Positions 59,901 to 64,000 of a DNA stretch of 64,000 nucleotides are shown piece by piece. Source of the DNA: Selaginella moellendorffii (taxonomy: Eukaryota > Plantae > Lycopodiophyta); contig NW_003314262.1 of NCBI RefSeq assembly GCF_000143415.4, positions 2,400,998 to 2,464,997 of the forward strand, written 5' to 3'. Numbering within the stretch: the stretch's first letter is position 1; every line of letters begins with the position of its first letter. The position numbers were made by a program, and so were the translations under genes. The notes under the pieces were generated by a model that ran no database searches, was not told where the DNA came from, and saw nothing but the letters and a program-made list of their open reading frames with translations.

Positions 59901-62900
59901 TCAATCGATTCGTGGTAGCCCTGCATGGACAAGGTAGAAACCTTGTGGTGTTGGCGAATGCCCAAGGAAGAAGATCTAGGGTGGAGGCCCAAGATCTAAA
60001 GGTAGGGCAAAGCAAGGCCAAAGATTCCTGTTTAAACCTAGTGTCCACGAGAGGACAACTCACTAAAGGAACTAAGGCGGCCTTTTTGTGCTTACTCTCG
60101 GTGAAGAGTGACAAAAAGACAGGAATGGAAGAAGTACCTTTAGTGATCCAGCGGGTGTTAGACCAATTCCAGGATACCATACCGGAGGAGCTACCGGTGG
60201 GGTTGCCCCCAACACGACCAATAGAACATAAGATTGAGCTGGTCGAGGGTGCTGAGGCGGTGGTTCGTCCCCCTTATCGTTTGAACGAAAAAGAACTCAA
60301 GGAGCTCAAGTGTTAACTAGAGGAGTTGGTGGACAAAGGGTATGTTAGGTTGAGCAAGTCGCCGTATGGGGCGCCGATGTTATTTGTGAAAAAGAAAGAT
60401 GGATCTATGCGCATGTGCATAGACTACTGGTTGCTCAACAAGTATACAAAGAAGAACAAGTACCCTTTGCCAAGGATTGAGGACCTGTTCGATAGGTTGG
60501 GAAAGGCAAAATACTTCTCGAGAATTGACCTAAGGTCAGGATACTACCAGATCAGGGTAGCCGAGGAAGATGTCGAGAAGACAACCTGTCGAACAAGGTA
60601 TGGGAGCTTTGAGTTTCTGGTGATGCCCTTCGGGCTATGTAATGCGCCAGCAACATTTTCGGCGCTAATGAACCACATCTTTGTACCCTATTTGGATCAC
60701 TTCATGGTCGTCTATATCGACGACATCCTGATCTATAGCGAGACGCTAGAGGAGCATGCCGAACACTTGGCGAAGGTGTTTGAGAAACTAAGGGAACACA
60801 AACTGTATGCTAAAGAGAGCAAATGTGACTTTGCTCAACAAGAGGTAAAGTTTCTCGGGCATGTGGTGGGCCAGGACAGGCTCAAGGTGGACCCGGAGAA
60901 GGTCCAAGCGATCCAGGAATGGGAGCGACCATCGAATGTACACGAGTTGAGGGCATTCCTGGGGCTATGCAACTACTATCGAAAGTTTATCAGACACTAT
61001 TCGAGAGTAGCCCTGCCCTAAACGGACCAAACAGGAAAAGGGAAGATGGTGTGGACAGCGGAATGCGAGGCGGCATTCGTCCACCTCAAATGGAAGTTGA
61101 GGAAGGCTCTCGTATTGGCATTACCAGACTTTGGTAAGGACTTTGAGGTAGAAACGGATGCTTCAGACTTTGCGTTGGGCGCAGTTTTGAAGCAAAACAA
61201 CCATCCGGTAGTGTTCTTCTTGAAGAAATTGGACAAGGCTCAACGGAAGTGGCCTGCCCACGAGAAGGAATTGTTTGCGGTGGTCAAGGCGCTCAAGGAG
61301 TGGCGACACTACCTTGGGAGACACTTCAAGGTTTACACGGACAATGTGGCAACGAAACACTTCTTGTCACAGCCCAACCTGAGAGGGAAACAAGGTCGGT
61401 GGGCCAATGCCTTGGCCGAGTTTGATTGCGAGATCCTGTACAAGCCTGGGAAGAGCAACATCGTGGCGGATGCGCTAAGTCGAAAAGCGAGCTTGAGGTT
61501 GGCAATATCCAGCACAACAGCAACCTTCTGGGACGATGTGCGGACAGCATATGAGAATGATGGTCTAGCACAAGAAGTGTTGCTGAGGAATCTAGAGGCG
61601 CGGAAGCTCACCAGAGAGGTGAGCTGCCAACAGAAGAGAAAACGGGCTATGCGGAATGCAACGGACTCATCTATTACAAGCAAATGAGGGTGTATGTTCC
61701 AGAAGGGGAACTAAGGAAGGTGGCCTTAGAAGAGTGTCATGATGGACCTCTTGCGGGACACGGCGGAGTGCCCAAGACGATGGGCTTACTCAAGAGGAAG
61801 TACCATTGGCCAGATATGGCTAAGAACGTCCAAGACTATGTAAAGACATGTCCAACATGTCAGCAGGTAAAAGCCGTGACTAAGGCTGGTGGGGGCTTGT
61901 TGCAAAGCATCCCAATTCTAGATTGTCCGTGGAAATGTCTTACGATGGACTTCATCACGGGACTCTCCACAAGCGAGGGGTTTGATGCGATATTTGTGGT
62001 GGTGGACCGATTTTCGAAAATGGCACATTTTATACCCACCACAACAGAGGTGGATGCGGAAGGTGTGGCGAAGCTGTTCTTCAAACAAGTGGTTCGAGTG
62101 CAGGGAAGACCGGAAGAGATCATCTCGGATCGAGATAAGATCTTCACCAGTAGGTTCTAGAGGACTCTCCTAGAACAGTATCGCACCAAGTTGAAATTCA
62201 GCACAGCCTATCACCCACAGACAGGTATGGGGTATTAAGTCAAGTTGTTGGCACTAACACTTCTTGACAAACGGACAAACGGAAAGGGTGAATAGGCAGC
62301 TGGAGGATTATTTGCGATGCTATGTCTCGGGAGACCAGACCGATTGGGTAAGTCATTTGGGACTTGCGGAAATGTGTTATAACAACTCACCACATTCGAG
62401 TATCGGGGTGAGTCCATGGGAAGTCATCAATGGGCGAGCTATTGAAGGTCCTGTGGAACTTGGCGTGGCCGAGTATCATGGAGAGTTGCCCGCAGTGGAG
62501 GCATTCACGGCGGAAAGACTCAGCATTTGGAATCTAGTGAGGGATTCCTTGGAACGGGCTCAACAAAGGCAAACCAAATACGTGAACCAGAAGCGTCGGG
62601 ATGTAGAGTTCCAAGCTGGGGAGAAGGTGTGGCTGAACACCAAGAACCTCAGACTACCAAGTGGGATCAGCCGAAAGTTGACCCAAAGGTAAAGATGCAT
62701 GTATTCCTGTAAATGAATTGATCTTGAGTTCCTTAAGCAGGTTCGCGGGGCCTTACGAGATTGAGGCACGAATCGGTAAAGTGGCTTACCGACTCCGACT
62801 TCCTCGAGAGATGGGGAAGATGCACCCAGTGTTCCACGTGAACTTACTCAAGCCGTACTTTGAGGATCCACTTCGCAAGGACCAAGTGAGACCTTTACCT

Positions 62901-63944
62901 GAGGTTATCCAAGGGGAAGAGGAATACGAAGTCGAGGCCATCCTCAATGCGCGCAAGAGCAAGCGACAAGGATGCGAGGTGAGAGAGTTCCATGTGAAGT
63001 GGAAAGGATTTCCACACTGCGAAGCAACATGGGAATCGGAGGAGAACCTAGCGAACGCGCGAGATCTAGTGGAGGAATTTCTGCAAGGCAGAACTCTATG
63101 TACTTATGCAAAATTCAATTAAAAATATCAATTTGCAAAGTTGAGCAAGTGGCATATGTTGGGACCCGGAGGCGCGCCGAAGGTAAGCTAATTAGCATGG
63201 GTTGGATAGGTCGACCAGGCGTAGGGCACTACGCCCGACTCCCCGTGGGGATGTCGAATCCGTAGACGTATTCTACGGAGGTTGGGTTCGAATCCCAACC
63301 CCCTAGTAAAGCAAGGCTGGGTTCAAGTCCCCACCCCATACTAGGGCATGGTGAGGTGAGGAGTATAGGGACACTTATATTCCGTTGTCATGGGCTCTTG
63401 GCTGAGGAGGCTAACTTAGGCACACCACTAAGTGGGGGGATGCCCCCGGAGACATGGTCAACAAGTTGTAGGATAAAACGAGACGTTCGATGTGGGCATC
63501 GAACTTCTTCTATGGGTGGTGGAGTTGTAAGGAACTGACTCCCCGAGATGTCGTAGGCTAAAGGATCCCCAAAAGCTTGACCGAAATGACAAAGAGTTCA
63601 TCGGATGGGACCAAGTTGAGGATCGAGTCCAAGACCGACTCTAGGACCGAGTTCGAGATAGAGTCCGGAATCGAGTCCAAGACTGACTCGGGGACCGAGT
63701 TCGAGTCCGAGTTCGAGACCAAGTTTGAGACGGAGTCCGAGATCCGAAATCGGGTCCGAGACCGAGTCCGAGGTCGAGTCCAAGGTCGGGTCCGAGATCG
63801 GGTCCGAGATCGAGTCCGAGATTGAGTCCGAGACTGAATCCGAAGTCGGATATGAAATCGGGTCCGAGATCGAGCCAGAGACTAAGTCCAAATACTAATA
63901 CGGGTCAAGGGGTGAAAGCCCAAAGCGTGCGTCTCCCAGGGGGG
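56925..63944 (+). mobile_element. Chromoviral Ty3/gypsy LTR retrotransposon, copy B (near full length, decayed)
   Basis: 5' LTR 56925-58292 (TGTAAG...TTACA), PBS TGGTATCGGAGC 58296-58307, gag-PR-RT-RH-INT-chromodomain, PPT about 63514-63524, and a 3' LTR from 63526 whose similarity to the 5' LTR ends at about 63944. Confidence 0.95.
58352..63122 (+). pseudogene. gag-pol polyprotein of copy B, interrupted by stops, frameshifts and two intron-like inserts
   Basis: CYNCGEAGHFSREC, LIDTGAS, YIDD, ETDASD, HHCC zinc finger, DDE core, GPY motif and the chromodomain YEVEAIL...VKWKGF..EATWE. Confidence 0.92.
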
Positions 63945-64000
63945 AAAGCTTCTGCAGAAGTTGAGGGGCAGCAGCTGACTGCCGCGTGGCCGCTGCGGGG

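Noticed and set aside
58694-60316. In-frame stops in copy B gag-pol as possible programmed read-through
   Set aside because: They fit C-to-T or G-to-A changes and are not shared with copy A at the same sites, unlike the intron-like inserts, so they are ordinary decay.
63088-63140. AT-rich patch after the chromodomain as a further GC-AG intron
   Set aside because: The donor is weak, and no conserved protein motif is restored by removing it.

Overview
This is eukaryotic, very compact land-plant nuclear DNA. The 45-70 nt introns, tiny intergenic spaces, PLS-class PPR, centriolar TEDC1 and N-gaps fit a lycophyte such as Selaginella (organism is an inference). Gene-dense blocks at 1-9.9 kb, 15.7-25.2 kb and 39.7-47 kb encode a Trm3/TARBP1-like methyltransferase, a PPR-E protein, an LPR-like multicopper oxidase, a plastid thioredoxin-like protein, three secreted proteins built from tandem kissper-like Cys domains, ARPC1, an F-box protein, a MinC C-terminal-domain/membrane fusion, an NTF2-RRM (G3BP-like) protein, mTERF, a Crinkler/RHS-like NTPase-nuclease ORF, TEDC1, NAC, NF-YC and tRNA-Pro; a second F-box gene lies at 52-53.4 kb. 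These blocks are separated by transposon-rich DNA that includes two decayed copies of one chromoviral Ty3/gypsy family. The most striking observation is that both copies carry the same short spliceosomal-type introns. Two interrupt conserved integrase motifs, one of them just before the catalytic Glu. A third candidate intron in the leader contains the LTR end and the tRNA primer-binding site. This suggests a splicing switch: spliced RNA makes integrase but cannot be reverse-transcribed, while unspliced RNA is copied, which would explain how the introns survive retrotransposition. All family assignments come from motif recognition; no searches were run.
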